Virus record (IMG/VR): IMGVR_UViG_3300028559_000025
Location: 1-64,000 of that record
Length of the DNA: 64,000 nt
Strand: one strand, 5' to 3'
Source of the DNA: a virus
Below the pieces are notes generated by a model that was given only the letters and a program-made list of their open reading frames with translations, searched no databases and was not told the origin of the DNA. This document shows, one piece after another, positions 20,181 through 29,918 of this stretch (positions within the stretch are counted from its first letter, which is position 1; each line of letters opens with the position of its first letter). The translations under genes were made by a program, and so were the position numbers.

Positions 20181-23100
20181 TGGCTAAGGTACCACCTAAG
20201 TCTGTTTATAAAAGCCCCAAGTCTGTTGCTAGAAATCAACCCGTAACAATAAGTGTTGATGATCCAAGAGCAGCTTGGGATAAGATTGGACAGACTAGAG
20301 CAAGGTTAGGCTCTGAACTTGAACTTGTTGGATTAGATGACATCCCTTTAATTAGTGGAGGAAAAAGTTTAACAGCATCGGTTGGTCCACCAACATTGGG
20401 TATACCAAAAGATCTAGAAAAATTTGTAAGTCCTCCAAGTAATGGCCAAGAAGCTAAAATTGTATATGGATTTGGTGCTATAGTACCAACAGATATTACT
20501 AATGTTTCAACAGCCTGGTCAGGATCAAGTCTTGTAGTTACATTTGATTGGGACTATGCAGATCCTGCTAATGCAACCGTTACAGAATTTATTTTAGAAA
20601 TAACTTTATCTACAGGCACAGTTCGTCAAACTCCATACGGTTCTTTTCCAGTAAATAGAACACAAACAGGACAAACAACAACACTTACAAAATCTTTAAA
20701 TAGATCTACCCTTGGCGTATTTGGAACAAACATTACAAGTATTTGTGTTTATGCTATTGATGCATTTTATAATACAAGTGGTAAGGTTTGTGATGCAACA
20801 GTTCCTGCATACGTGGTTAACCTACCAGTACCAGTTATTACAGTTACTTCAGCAATGAGTGGATATAGCGTAGCTTGGACAATTCCAACATCTGTTCAAG
20901 ATCCAGATGAGGTGTTTGACGCTATTGATATTTATGAATATGAGTCTAGTGCTTCTACAGAACCAACAGATGTCACTTATTCAAGGGTATACTTTGATCA
21001 AGTTTCACCAGCAAATATTATTACAGTTAATAGTAATGATAGATGGGTAAAGGCAAGATTTTCTTCAGATGGAGGAACATACACAGCATTTTCTGCTGCA
21101 CAAAAAGTAACACCAACATCTCCAGTTACAGTAGACACCACTGGACCAGCCGCTCCAACTGGATCAGTAACTGGTGGATTAGAAACTTCTGGAACGATAG
21201 GCTTTAATGCTTTCTTAAATATATCTTGGACTGCAGTATCAGATACTACTTTACGAGGGTATAGAATTAGGTTTAGACCAGTAACTACTCCAGCATCTGC
21301 TTACTCTTATGTAGACTCCCCAGGAAATGGAACAACTTTTAGAATTACAGGTCTTGCTTCAGGCACAAGCTATGAAGTTCAAATTGCATCATATGATGAG
21401 TTTAATAACACTTCTTCATCATATCAAACATTAACTAATAGCCCAGTGTCAACTGCTGGATCTCCCTTTATAGGAACAAATGTTTCTACAACTGGATACT
21501 TTGAAGCTGGAGTTTCTGGAACAGATACAGGAGTTTTTAGATTTGGCTACGGGGTAGCTACTGGTAAAAGAGGCTTATCATTTAATACAAACAATTATTG
21601 GTATATAGATTCATCTCAGTCAGCGTCTTTAAAGGTTGGTGGAGCAGACAACTATGTTACTTGGGACGGCTCATCTCTTATAGTAGCTGGAGACCTACAG
21701 GCTAAAAAAGGATCGTTTAGCGGAAACGTAAACATTGCAAGTGGTGCATCTCTATATAGTGGTACTTTAACTGGAAATACCGTTACTGCTTCTGCTAATA
21801 CTGGTGGTTCATTGTCTAGTGCAGGATACATATTAAATGAAGATGGAATTACATTTTCTAATGGGCTATCAGGAAATGATTTAAGACAAACTACTATAGT
21901 TGGAGCAAGTGGATTACTCACAACAAATTCAGCAAATATAGGTGGATGGATTATAACTCCAGGCTCAATAACAAAAACTGCAAGGGGAGAAGGAAAGATT
22001 TCTTTAGACTCAGCAAATGGATACATCTATGTAACTAGAGACGATGTAGAGACAATTACTGCTGGTATTAATAGTCCAAAAGATGATAACGATAATGTTT
22101 TTTGGTCTGGCGGAAGTAATCCAACAGATGAAACAAGCCCATTTAGAGTTAGACTAAATGGAGATCTATTTGCAAGCAATGCAGAAATTAAAGGTGTTAT
22201 AAGGGCTACTAGTGGTGGTTTTGGAACATTTGATCCATCTACTAACCTTATTACAAACGGTTGGACTATTAGTACCAATGGAATAATTGCAAAGGGTGAG
22301 GGTAGCATTAAAATTGGAAACTATTCAATACAAACTCTTGAGCCAGACGGTTCTGATTTTTCAATAAAATATATTGCAGGTAATGAAAACCTAATAAGAA
22401 CAGATTCTTTTGCTAGCAATGTTGATGATCCAAAAAGAATATTTATAGGTGATAGTACAAGACAGGTTGAAGTTGCTAAATCAGCAAGCCTATCTGGAGC
22501 TGGTTCAATAGTAACTTTGCCAACAAGCAATGCTACAGCTCTAAGTGCTTATCGCTCAGGTGGTCTAAGAAATATATTTACTGTTTCAGAGTCCGCAAGA
22601 AGTGGTTCAACTGGAGACGGAGTAGATTTTAGTGGAAATGTGCTAGATTATCCATCAGCAATTAAGGGTGACATGCTGATTGTTTATAAAACTACAGGAA
22701 CCAATCCAGACCCTAAATGGAGAGAGGTAGTCGCAACATACGTAGCCATTACTGGTACAGCCCCTACTCCAACGCCAACACCTACTCCAACGCCAACGCC
22801 AACTCCAACGCCAACACCTACGCCAACACCTACACCAACTCCAACCCCTACTCCTACGCCAACACCTACGCCAACACCTACGCCAACACCTACTCCAGTA
22901 CAAAGCACCTATTACTTTGTTTGTGACGATACACAATGTGGTTCAGTACTTGCCTCATCCGCTCTTGAAGCAGTTGCACTTGGAAACGCATATTGTCAAG
23001 ATAATGCAGATCCAGGACTTACAAATAATGTAGCTGGAGGAGTATCACTAACACCAATTCCTGGTTGTGCTCCAACTCCAACACCTACTCCAACACCTAC

Positions 23101-23446
23101 GCCAACACCTACACCAACACCTACACCAACACCTACGCCAACTCCAACGCCAACACCTACGCCAACACCAGTAACAGAAACAAGTAGAACAGTTGGAACC
23201 TGTATATCATATGTTTATTGCCCAGAAGGTGGAGAGAGACTAGATACTGTTTATTATTCAAATGGAACTAGTAGTGAGCAATATGTTTGCTGTTCTTATA
23301 CAGCAACAGCAACTCCAACGCCAACTCCTGAACCAACACCAACCCCAACCCCTACACCAACTGAATGCCAAACATGCGGCATCTGCTGCCTGTACGGACC
23401 ATGTGAATATGGCTGTGGCCCATGCGACTTTTGGTGTGATGACTAG
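20180..23446 (+). CDS. Tail fibre/receptor-binding protein: FN3 domains, beta-helix-like region, (Pro-Thr)n linkers, Cys-rich tip
   Basis: FN3 (ISWT...GYRIRFRP...[18 protein letters not shown]); GGW.I repeats; three PT tracts; C-terminal [24 protein letters not shown]. Confidence 0.75.
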   Translation: MAKVPPKSVYKSPKSVARNQPVTISVDDPRAAWDKIGQTRARLGSELELVGLDDIPLISGGKSLTASVGPPTLGIPKDLEKFVSPPSNGQEAKIVYGFGAIVPTDITNVSTAWSGSSLVVTFDWDYADPANATVTEFILEITLSTGTVRQTPYGSFPVNRTQTGQTTTLTKSLNRSTLGVFGTNITSICVYAIDAFYNTSGKVCDATVPAYVVNLPVPVITVTSAMSGYSVAWTIPTSVQDPDEVFDAIDIYEYESSASTEPTDVTYSRVYFDQVSPANIITVNSNDRWVKARFSSDGGTYTAFSAAQKVTPTSPVTVDTTGPAAPTGSVTGGLETSGTIGFNAFLNISWTAVSDTTLRGYRIRFRPVTTPASAYSYVDSPGNGTTFRITGLASGTSYEVQIASYDEFNNTSSSYQTLTNSPVSTAGSPFIGTNVSTTGYFEAGVSGTDTGVFRFGYGVATGKRGLSFNTNNYWYIDSSQSASLKVGGADNYVTWDGSSLIVAGDLQAKKGSFSGNVNIASGASLYSGTLTGNTVTASANTGGSLSSAGYILNEDGITFSNGLSGNDLRQTTIVGASGLLTTNSANIGGWIITPGSITKTARGEGKISLDSANGYIYVTRDDVETITAGINSPKDDNDNVFWSGGSNPTDETSPFRVRLNGDLFASNAEIKGVIRATSGGFGTFDPSTNLITNGWTISTNGIIAKGEGSIKIGNYSIQTLEPDGSDFSIKYIAGNENLIRTDSFASNVDDPKRIFIGDSTRQVEVAKSASLSGAGSIVTLPTSNATALSAYRSGGLRNIFTVSESARSGSTGDGVDFSGNVLDYPSAIKGDMLIVYKTTGTNPDPKWREVVATYVAITGTAPTPTPTPTPTPTPTPTPTPTPTPTPTPTPTPTPTPTPTPTPTPTPVQSTYYFVCDDTQCGSVLASSALEAVALGNAYCQDNADPGLTNNVAGGVSLTPIPGCAPTPTPTPTPTPTPTPTPTPTPTPTPTPTPTPTPVTETSRTVGTCISYVYCPEGGERLDTVYYSNGTSSEQYVCCSYTATATPTPTPEPTPTPTPTPTECQTCGICCLYGPCEYGCGPCDFWCDD
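22763..22897 (+). repeat. (Pro-Thr)n coding repeat, 45 codons
   Basis: CCN-ACN hexamers with varied third positions. Confidence 0.95.
23072..23170 (+). repeat. (Pro-Thr)n coding repeat, 33 codons
   Basis: CCN-ACN hexamers. Confidence 0.95.
23312..23362 (+). repeat. Short TP/EP coding repeat
   Basis: [17 protein letters not shown]. Confidence 0.9.
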
Positions 23447-23479
23447 TATGGTAGAATTTTATAATAAAAAGGAGAAAAA

Positions 23480-23875
23480 ATGAAAAGAAAAAATTTCTAT
23501 TTAAATGTAGAGGATGATAAAATCATCTTTTATTCAATAGAACTTAAAGATGATGGCTCTGTTTTAGATGATAATAAGCACAATAAAGATTATGCTTTAT
23601 CTAATAGTCCAGAAATATTAAATATTACACATTTGAATTATGTTCCAGCCAAACTTAGTGTTTGGGATGGATCAGAGTTTATTGCTCCAGAAGGGCTAGA
23701 GCACAGGCTGCCTTGTATAAGAGATTGCATAGATGGATGTATATCTTTTGCGTTTTTAAAAAATAATACGTATTATGGAATGAACGGATATTGTATTGGA
23801 GTGGCACATAATGATATGCTTATTGCTGCATTATCAAGCAATCCAACAATAACATTTGAGATTGTAGAATCTTAA
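23480..23875 (+). CDS. Fibre-associated protein (possible chaperone)
   Basis: AGGAG RBS; WDGSEFIAP motif; MLIAALSSNP; directly after the fibre gene. Confidence 0.5.
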   Translation: MKRKNFYLNVEDDKIIFYSIELKDDGSVLDDNKHNKDYALSNSPEILNITHLNYVPAKLSVWDGSEFIAPEGLEHRLPCIRDCIDGCISFAFLKNNTYYGMNGYCIGVAHNDMLIAALSSNPTITFEIVES

Positions 23876-23896
23876 TAATAGAATGGGTGGAATTTT

Positions 23897-24136
23897 ATGA
23901 AAGACGAATTAACTCCTTGGCAAAAGTATAAACAAAATCTTGGAGATACAAGACCTTGGGATTTATTAAATCCGAACACAGAATATGTTAGTGATGACTT
24001 ACATTCTGATAGACTTAATATATGCAAGGCTTGTCCAGAGTTTATATCTCTAACAACTCAATGTAAAAAATGTGGTTGTGTAATGAAATTTAAAACAAAG
24101 TTAGAAAAAGCAACTTGTCCAATAGGAAAATGGTAA
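23897..24136 (+). CDS. Small Cys-rich protein (DUF6171-like)
   Basis: RLNICKACP...QCKKCGC.M..KTKL..ATCPIGKW. Confidence 0.7.
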   Translation: MKDELTPWQKYKQNLGDTRPWDLLNPNTEYVSDDLHSDRLNICKACPEFISLTTQCKKCGCVMKFKTKLEKATCPIGKW

Positions 24137-24139
24137 AAA

Positions 24140-24739
24140 ATGATAAAAGAAGAAGTTGCACCAGGTATAGTTGTATATAATAATGTAATTCCAGATAGCG
24201 AAAATCTATACAAAGATATTGAAGAAGGTATAATTTCTGCGGGATTAAAATGGATAGAAGCAGAAGTAAAAGAATCTTCAGATCCAATGGTAAATACTAA
24301 AACAAGAGATACAAGCGCTATTGGTATTCCTTACATGGGTGGTCTTAAAGATATATCAACAGAAAGTAAGTCTGAGACCTTTCTTATAAACACTAATAAT
24401 ATGTTTTTTAAAAATTTTGATCCAATAGAAAAAGATTATATGCAAACATACGGGGTATATTCAGAGTGGCACGACACCTATGGCATTTTAAAATATGGAT
24501 CTGGTCAGTTTTTCAGTAACCATATAGATGACCACCCTACATATCATAGAAGAATTTCTACTCTATACTATTTAAATGATAACTATACAGGTGGAGAAAT
24601 TAATTTTCCTCGTTTTAATATTACTTTTAAACCAAAAGCTAATCAAATGATTTTATTTCCATCAACCTATGTCTATAACCACTCAGTGTCTCCAGTTATT
24701 GAAGGAGAAAGATATGCTGTGGTTTCATGGATGAAGTAG
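24140..24739 (+). CDS. 2OG-Fe(II) oxygenase, prolyl 4-hydroxylase-like
   Basis: LKY..GQFF..HID (HxD); YLNDNYTGGEI.F; FPS...H.V.PV..GERY. Confidence 0.85.
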   Translation: MIKEEVAPGIVVYNNVIPDSENLYKDIEEGIISAGLKWIEAEVKESSDPMVNTKTRDTSAIGIPYMGGLKDISTESKSETFLINTNNMFFKNFDPIEKDYMQTYGVYSEWHDTYGILKYGSGQFFSNHIDDHPTYHRRISTLYYLNDNYTGGEINFPRFNITFKPKANQMILFPSTYVYNHSVSPVIEGERYAVVSWMK

Positions 24740-24756
24740 TCTGATACAATATAAGT

Positions 24757-25686
24757 ATGGATAAAATTTTTGTAAGTCTTGCTGGGTATAGAGATCCAGA
24801 TTTAATTAATACAGTTAGAAGTTTTTACGAAAATGCAAAAAATAAAGATAATCTGTTTTTTTCTTTAGTCTCACATGAAGGACCAGAAACAAATTTTGAT
24901 TTTTCATTTATACCAAAAGAACAAATATCTTATCAAAAGATTGACTATAAATTAGCAGATGGAGCATGCTCTGGAAGACATTTAGCTAACTCCCTACTAT
25001 CTGATCAATATAAATATTTTTTGCATACAGACTCTCACTCAAGAGCAAAAGTAGAATGGGATAGAATGCTTATTGATGAATATACTAAGTGTTCTTCAAA
25101 ATGGGGAACAGATTATATATTTACTAAATACCCCCATGGATTTTTAAAAGAGTGGGATGAAAATGGAAACGGCACTGACAAAATAAATCTAAATAACGAA
25201 AGTTTACATAAGGTAGTTCCAGAGTGGGATGAAATAGAGAATGTTTATTTGTTAAGATGGAGAGACCTTGAGGACTTAGAGTTTGGCGATAAAGTTTATG
25301 GCTTTGCTGCTAACTTTGCTTTTGGTTCTGTAAAGGCATTTATGAAGGCCCCATATGATCCATATTTATATTTTCTAGGAGAAGAAATAAGCCTTGGAGT
25401 TCGTCTTTCAGTACAAGGGGTAAATCTAGTTGCCCCAGCAATCAATGCAATATATACAAATTACGATAGAGATAATGGAAAAAGGGGTGGGTTTCATTGG
25501 AATGATAATTCAAACTGGGGATTAAGAGATAAAAGCGCAAGAGAAAGACTGACAAAACTATTTACTCTACAAGATTTGGGAATGTATGGATTACAAGATC
25601 ACGTTGAAGAGTATAGAGCTTTGCAAACAGAAATGGGTCTTGACTTTGAATCAAAAGATTATATAAAGCCAATTTATAAAAACTAA
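24757..25686 (+). CDS. GT60-like GlcNAc transferase (Skp1-hydroxyproline/polypeptide GlcNAcT family)
   Basis: IFVSLAGYRDPDL..TV; DSH metal motif (HTDSHSR...WD); PYDPYLYFLGEEISLGVRL. Confidence 0.8.
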   Translation: MDKIFVSLAGYRDPDLINTVRSFYENAKNKDNLFFSLVSHEGPETNFDFSFIPKEQISYQKIDYKLADGACSGRHLANSLLSDQYKYFLHTDSHSRAKVEWDRMLIDEYTKCSSKWGTDYIFTKYPHGFLKEWDENGNGTDKINLNNESLHKVVPEWDEIENVYLLRWRDLEDLEFGDKVYGFAANFAFGSVKAFMKAPYDPYLYFLGEEISLGVRLSVQGVNLVAPAINAIYTNYDRDNGKRGGFHWNDNSNWGLRDKSARERLTKLFTLQDLGMYGLQDHVEEYRALQTEMGLDFESKDYIKPIYKN

Positions 25687-25741
25687 GCAATACTCGTATT
25701 GCAAGCGTGTGATATACTTATAATAAAGCAAAAGGGGAAAA

Positions 25742-25876
25742 ATGACTACAAAACATGATCTTGTGATAACTGCACTACAGCAAAGAATAGGCGAGCTAGT
25801 AACTCACTATGAAACACAAATGGCTATTCTTAGAGCAGATATTACAATGCTGGCTGGTGAAAAAGAAGAAGATTAG
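25742..25876 (+). CDS. 44-aa coiled-coil protein (not in the ORF track)
   Basis: MTTKHDLVITALQQRIGELVTHYETQMAILRADIT...; AGGGGA RBS; TGATATACT upstream. Confidence 0.65.
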   Translation: MTTKHDLVITALQQRIGELVTHYETQMAILRADITMLAGEKEED

Positions 25877-25884
25877 GATACTTA

Positions 25885-26076
25885 ATGTTAAAATGCAGCA
25901 AGTGTGATGGACGTGTATTTGTTGATAGACAATATACAAGTGTTGACCATATAGAAACATCTTGTCTTACATGTGGCAATAGAAAGTTTTATCACCCAGT
26001 AGGGGCGACAACAGAGGGACAATGGATACTTCAAAAGGAAAGATTCAGAGCCAAGCATACAATAACGAACCTGTAA
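25885..26076 (+). CDS. Zinc-ribbon protein
   Basis: CSKC...CLTC. Confidence 0.65.
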   Translation: MLKCSKCDGRVFVDRQYTSVDHIETSCLTCGNRKFYHPVGATTEGQWILQKERFRAKHTITNL

Positions 26077-26564
26077 TTAAGGGTAAAGTTAAAGTATGGT
26101 TTTTGAATGGTGATCTGGTCAGGGTATATCATAACTCCCGTTCAACTGGAATGGTTACGTTTTACAATATAACTAAAGATCGTTTAGAGACATGCTTACT
26201 TTCTGATTTCAAAAAAGGCAGAGAAAGAGCATACAGTGTAGCAGAGACTGCTAAGCTTGTCAATAGACATAGAAAGTATATGCCAAGTTTAATTAAACGA
26301 GGAGTTATTCCTCCGCCTATTGGTGCAAAGCTTAATGGTGAAAGAGGTTTTACAATTAGATCTTATTACTCTGAGTCACAGGTAAGAGAGATCCGTTCAA
26401 TTTTAGCAAGCATACATATTGGTCAACCAAGAAAAGATAAACTTATTACAAATAACATGACACCAACAACTCAAGAATTGACTCGCAGGATGGGAGATGG
26501 TATACTTACATATACGAAGACAGAAGATGGCAGGTTCATTCCTGTTTGGTCAGAAAATATTTAA
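26022..26564 (+). CDS. DNA-binding protein (MerR-like HTH)
   Basis: YSVAETAKLVNRH...GVIPPP...RSYYSESQV. Confidence 0.55.
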   Translation: MDTSKGKIQSQAYNNEPVIKGKVKVWFLNGDLVRVYHNSRSTGMVTFYNITKDRLETCLLSDFKKGRERAYSVAETAKLVNRHRKYMPSLIKRGVIPPPIGAKLNGERGFTIRSYYSESQVREIRSILASIHIGQPRKDKLITNNMTPTTQELTRRMGDGILTYTKTEDGRFIPVWSENI

Positions 26565-26584
26565 AACTATGAAATGGGTGGATA

Positions 26585-26791
26585 ATGGAAAACAATACAA
26601 CAAAGATTAATGTAACACTTGGTTATACCCTTAATCTAGGTAACTTTCAATCACTTAGACTTGATCTAGGTATCGTAGATAGCAAGCGTGATGGAGAGAC
26701 TACAAACGAAGCTTTTGAGCGTGTATATAAGTTTGTAGAAGATAAGCTAACTGAGAAGATTCAAGAAGCAAAGTCTGAAATCTCAGAGTAA
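26585..26791 (+). CDS. Small hypothetical phage protein
   Basis: LGYTLNLGNFQSLRLD motif; lies in the replication operon. Confidence 0.6.
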   Translation: MENNTTKINVTLGYTLNLGNFQSLRLDLGIVDSKRDGETTNEAFERVYKFVEDKLTEKIQEAKSEISE

Positions 26792-27099
26792 TGGCTGAGC
26801 GCAAAGACCGAATGGCTTTGCTTAGCAGATACTCAAAATTGCATACTGCAAGATATGAACAAAAGCCATCTCTAAATTTAAATGTTGAACAGTGGGCCTC
26901 AGATGGTCTTATTGAGTCATACGGTATTTCTCAATGCTATGACTTACTTGAGTATTACTTTTCTGTTGCACAAGATCCAACTTGGAACTACTTTGCATAT
27001 AACGCAGAAAAAATTCTTAATGGTAAACTAGATGTAGAACAAGATATAAAAGAGAGACAACAACGCAGGGCTAAAGCAAGGGAGTGGCTAAATGAATAA
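26791..27099 (+). CDS. Hypothetical protein upstream of the helicase (possible loader)
   Basis: Coupled to dnaB; function inferred from position only. Confidence 0.45.
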   Translation: MAERKDRMALLSRYSKLHTARYEQKPSLNLNVEQWASDGLIESYGISQCYDLLEYYFSVAQDPTWNYFAYNAEKILNGKLDVEQDIKERQQRRAKAREWLNE

Positions 27100-28315
27100 C
27101 ACTGAGGCTAAAGTAATTTCAGCGGTATTGCAAGATAAACAACTCCATGTACTACTGCAAGCCAATGTAGAGACACTGCTAAGAACACATAATGATGTAT
27201 GGAACTTTATTCGTCTGTATGCTGAAAATAATGGAACAGTGCCACCTTCATCTCTTGTGGTAGAAAAGTTTAGAGACTTTGATATTGTCAAGGATGTTGG
27301 TGCAACCAAGCACCACCTTGAAGAGCTAAAGGTTGAGTATGTTAATGATAGTATGAAGGACATATTAAGGTCTGCTGCAACTGAAGTTCAAAGTGGTCAA
27401 GGTGCACAAGCACTTGAAGAGCTAATCACTAAGACATCTGCACTAAAGAAAAATACATCTTCTATTCGTGATATTGATGCAACAGATATTGATTCTGCAA
27501 TTGCATACTTTGAAAATGTTAAAGAACAGCAAGCACTAGGTCAGCGTGGAATTAAAACAGGCTTGCCAGGATTTGATAATTACCTGCCATCTGGAATTAT
27601 GCCAGGACAGCTTGGGGTATTCCTTGCCTATCCTGGAATTGGTAAGTCATGGATGGCATTGTACTTTGCTGTGCAGGCATGGAAGCAAGGCAAGACACCA
27701 CTAATTATTTCTCTTGAAATGAGTGAGACAGAAGTTCGTAACCGTGTATTTACAATTATGGGCGAAGGTCTTTGGTCACATAGAAAACTATCAAATGGTG
27801 AAGTAGAAATTGATATGATGAAGAAGTGGCACACCAGTAAGATTGAAGGTCGTCCACCATTCCATATTATATCTAACGACTCTGGTGGAGAGGTTACACC
27901 ATCTGTTATTCGTGGAAAGCTAGATCAGTATAAACCAGACTTTGTTGTGGTTGATTATCTTCAACTTATGAGTCCAAACCAGAAGGCTGATAATGAAACG
28001 GTAAAGATGAAAAATCTATCAAGAGAGCTTAAGCTAATGGCTATTAGTGAAGAAGTTCCTATTATTGCTATCTCATCTGCTACACCTGATGATGTCAAGG
28101 ATATGTCCACTGTACCTACCCTTGCACAGACAGCATGGTCAAGACAGATTGCCTACGATGCTGACTGGGTTATGGCACTTGGTCGTTCTAGCAATAGTGA
28201 CATTATTGAGTGTGCATTCAGAAAAAACCGTAATGGTTTTATGGGAGACTTCCTAGTTCAATGTGACTTTGACAAGGGGTATTATCGTTATAAGGATTTT
28301 GAAGATGGCAAGTAA
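27092..28315 (+). CDS. dnaB: DnaB-like replicative helicase
   Basis: AYPGIGKS Walker A; ISLEMS; VVVDYLQLM; KNRNG. Confidence 0.92.
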   Translation: MNNTEAKVISAVLQDKQLHVLLQANVETLLRTHNDVWNFIRLYAENNGTVPPSSLVVEKFRDFDIVKDVGATKHHLEELKVEYVNDSMKDILRSAATEVQSGQGAQALEELITKTSALKKNTSSIRDIDATDIDSAIAYFENVKEQQALGQRGIKTGLPGFDNYLPSGIMPGQLGVFLAYPGIGKSWMALYFAVQAWKQGKTPLIISLEMSETEVRNRVFTIMGEGLWSHRKLSNGEVEIDMMKKWHTSKIEGRPPFHIISNDSGGEVTPSVIRGKLDQYKPDFVVVDYLQLMSPNQKADNETVKMKNLSRELKLMAISEEVPIIAISSATPDDVKDMSTVPTLAQTAWSRQIAYDADWVMALGRSSNSDIIECAFRKNRNGFMGDFLVQCDFDKGYYRYKDFEDGK

Positions 28316-29231
28316 AGAGATTTATACAGAAGAGCAGATACGTCGTGTTCTTAATGGTGCAGGCTTAGACATTGAGGCTGAGTTTGGAAATGACTTTATT
28401 ATATACTGTCCTTATCACAATAACACTAGAACACCAGCTGGAGAAGTAGCTAAAGATAGTGGCTTGTTCTTTTGCTTTGGATGCCAAACAACAAAAAATA
28501 TTGTTGAGCTAATTATGTTTACTTCTAGCAGATCATATTTTGAAACTGTTCGCTATATTAAAAGTAAAGAGCAGCAATCAGATATTCAAGAGATAGTTGG
28601 AAAAGCATTGTACGCACCACCTGATTTTGTTCAATATGATGAGCTTCTTATTAAAAGATTAAATAAGCAAGCACTTGATGCGCCAAAAGCAATGAACTAC
28701 TTCAATGGTCGTAGAATCAACAAGGATTCTGTTATTAAGTTTGATCTAGGATATTCTGAAAAGCAGGGGTCTGTAACTATACCAGTTCATTCTCCTGACG
28801 GAATGTGCATAGGGTTTGTTGCAAGAACTATTGAAGGTAAAGATTTTAAAAATACTCCAGGGCTTCCAAAAAGTAAGGTGCTATTTAACTTACATAGAGT
28901 CAAGAGTTCTAGTATAGTATATGTAGTGGAATCATCATTTGATGCAATCCGCTTAGATCAAGTAGGTTTTCCAGCAGTTGCAACGCTGGGTGCTAATGTG
29001 TCTGTATCTCAGATCAGACTATTAGAAAAGTACTTCAATAATGTTGTACTAATTGCAGATAACGATGAAGCTGGTAGCATTATGAAAGATAAGTTAGTTG
29101 AAAAACTAGGTCATCTTGTAACTGTTATTAGCCTAGACAAAAAATATAAAGACATAGGAGACATGGAAGATGATGACATTAAAAAGCTGGAGTTCCAGTT
29201 TGATAATTCAATCATTTCTATGCTAAAATAA
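28305..29231 (+). CDS. dnaG: DnaG-like primase
   Basis: CPYH...CFGC zinc finger; TOPRIM VVESSFDA and ADNDEAG; ATG at 28305 is the likely start. Confidence 0.9.
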   Translation: MASKEIYTEEQIRRVLNGAGLDIEAEFGNDFIIYCPYHNNTRTPAGEVAKDSGLFFCFGCQTTKNIVELIMFTSSRSYFETVRYIKSKEQQSDIQEIVGKALYAPPDFVQYDELLIKRLNKQALDAPKAMNYFNGRRINKDSVIKFDLGYSEKQGSVTIPVHSPDGMCIGFVARTIEGKDFKNTPGLPKSKVLFNLHRVKSSSIVYVVESSFDAIRLDQVGFPAVATLGANVSVSQIRLLEKYFNNVVLIADNDEAGSIMKDKLVEKLGHLVTVISLDKKYKDIGDMEDDDIKKLEFQFDNSIISMLK

Positions 29232-29257
29232 AAACAATAAACAAGGAGAAATAAAAA

Positions 29258-29914
29258 ATGGCAATTGTAAAAGGACTAAAAAACATTAACGCACTAGTAG
29301 ATAAGCCAAAGTTTGAAGGAACTGGAACTAAGGTTCGTTGGTTTAAGATCGCTGACGGACAAGCAGTTAAGATCCGCTTTATTGAGGAACTTGATGAAGA
29401 CTCAGCCAACTACAATGTAGATCGTGGACTGGCTCTAGTAGTATCAGAACACACAAATCCAAAGGACTATAAGCGCAAGGCTGTAGATACAATGGAATCA
29501 GAAGGACGTGACTGGGCAGAAGAGATGCATCGTAAGGACCCAAAGGCTGGCTGGAGAGCTCGTCTTCGCTTCTACTGCAACGTTCTTGTTGACGATGGAA
29601 TTGAAGCACCATATGTTGCAATTTGGAACATGGGTGTTAGCAAGCAGTCAGCATTTAATACTATCCGTGAATATGCACTTGAGACAGGTAGCATTTCAAA
29701 TCTTACTTGGAAGGTAAAGCGTAATGGCCAGGGAACTGAGACAAGCTATACACTTATTCCAAGTACCCCAGATTCTGCACCATTTGATTGGTCAGGAATT
29801 GAACCTTATCCATTGGAGAAGGCTCTAAACAAGGTTCCATATGCGGAACAAGAAGCCTTTTATCTAGGCTTTGATACTCCTTCATCTTCTTCATCATCAA
29901 ATATTGACTGGTAA
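29258..29914 (+). CDS. Single-stranded DNA-binding protein (gp32-like)
   Basis: KVKRNGQGTETSY motif; Ser/acidic tail ending in DW; located between primase and polymerase. Confidence 0.7.
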   Translation: MAIVKGLKNINALVDKPKFEGTGTKVRWFKIADGQAVKIRFIEELDEDSANYNVDRGLALVVSEHTNPKDYKRKAVDTMESEGRDWAEEMHRKDPKAGWRARLRFYCNVLVDDGIEAPYVAIWNMGVSKQSAFNTIREYALETGSISNLTWKVKRNGQGTETSYTLIPSTPDSAPFDWSGIEPYPLEKALNKVPYAEQEAFYLGFDTPSSSSSSNIDW

Positions 29915-29918
29915 TTAG

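Noticed and set aside
6644-22530. Many short antisense ORFs within the TMP and tail genes
   Set aside because: Fully nested opposite long genes, with no RBS or recognisable motifs
22655-22936. Alternative-frame repeat ORFs (GVGVGV, RCWR, NANTY) and a possible array
   Set aside because: They are shadows of the (Pro-Thr)n codons; variation falls at third positions of the PT frame
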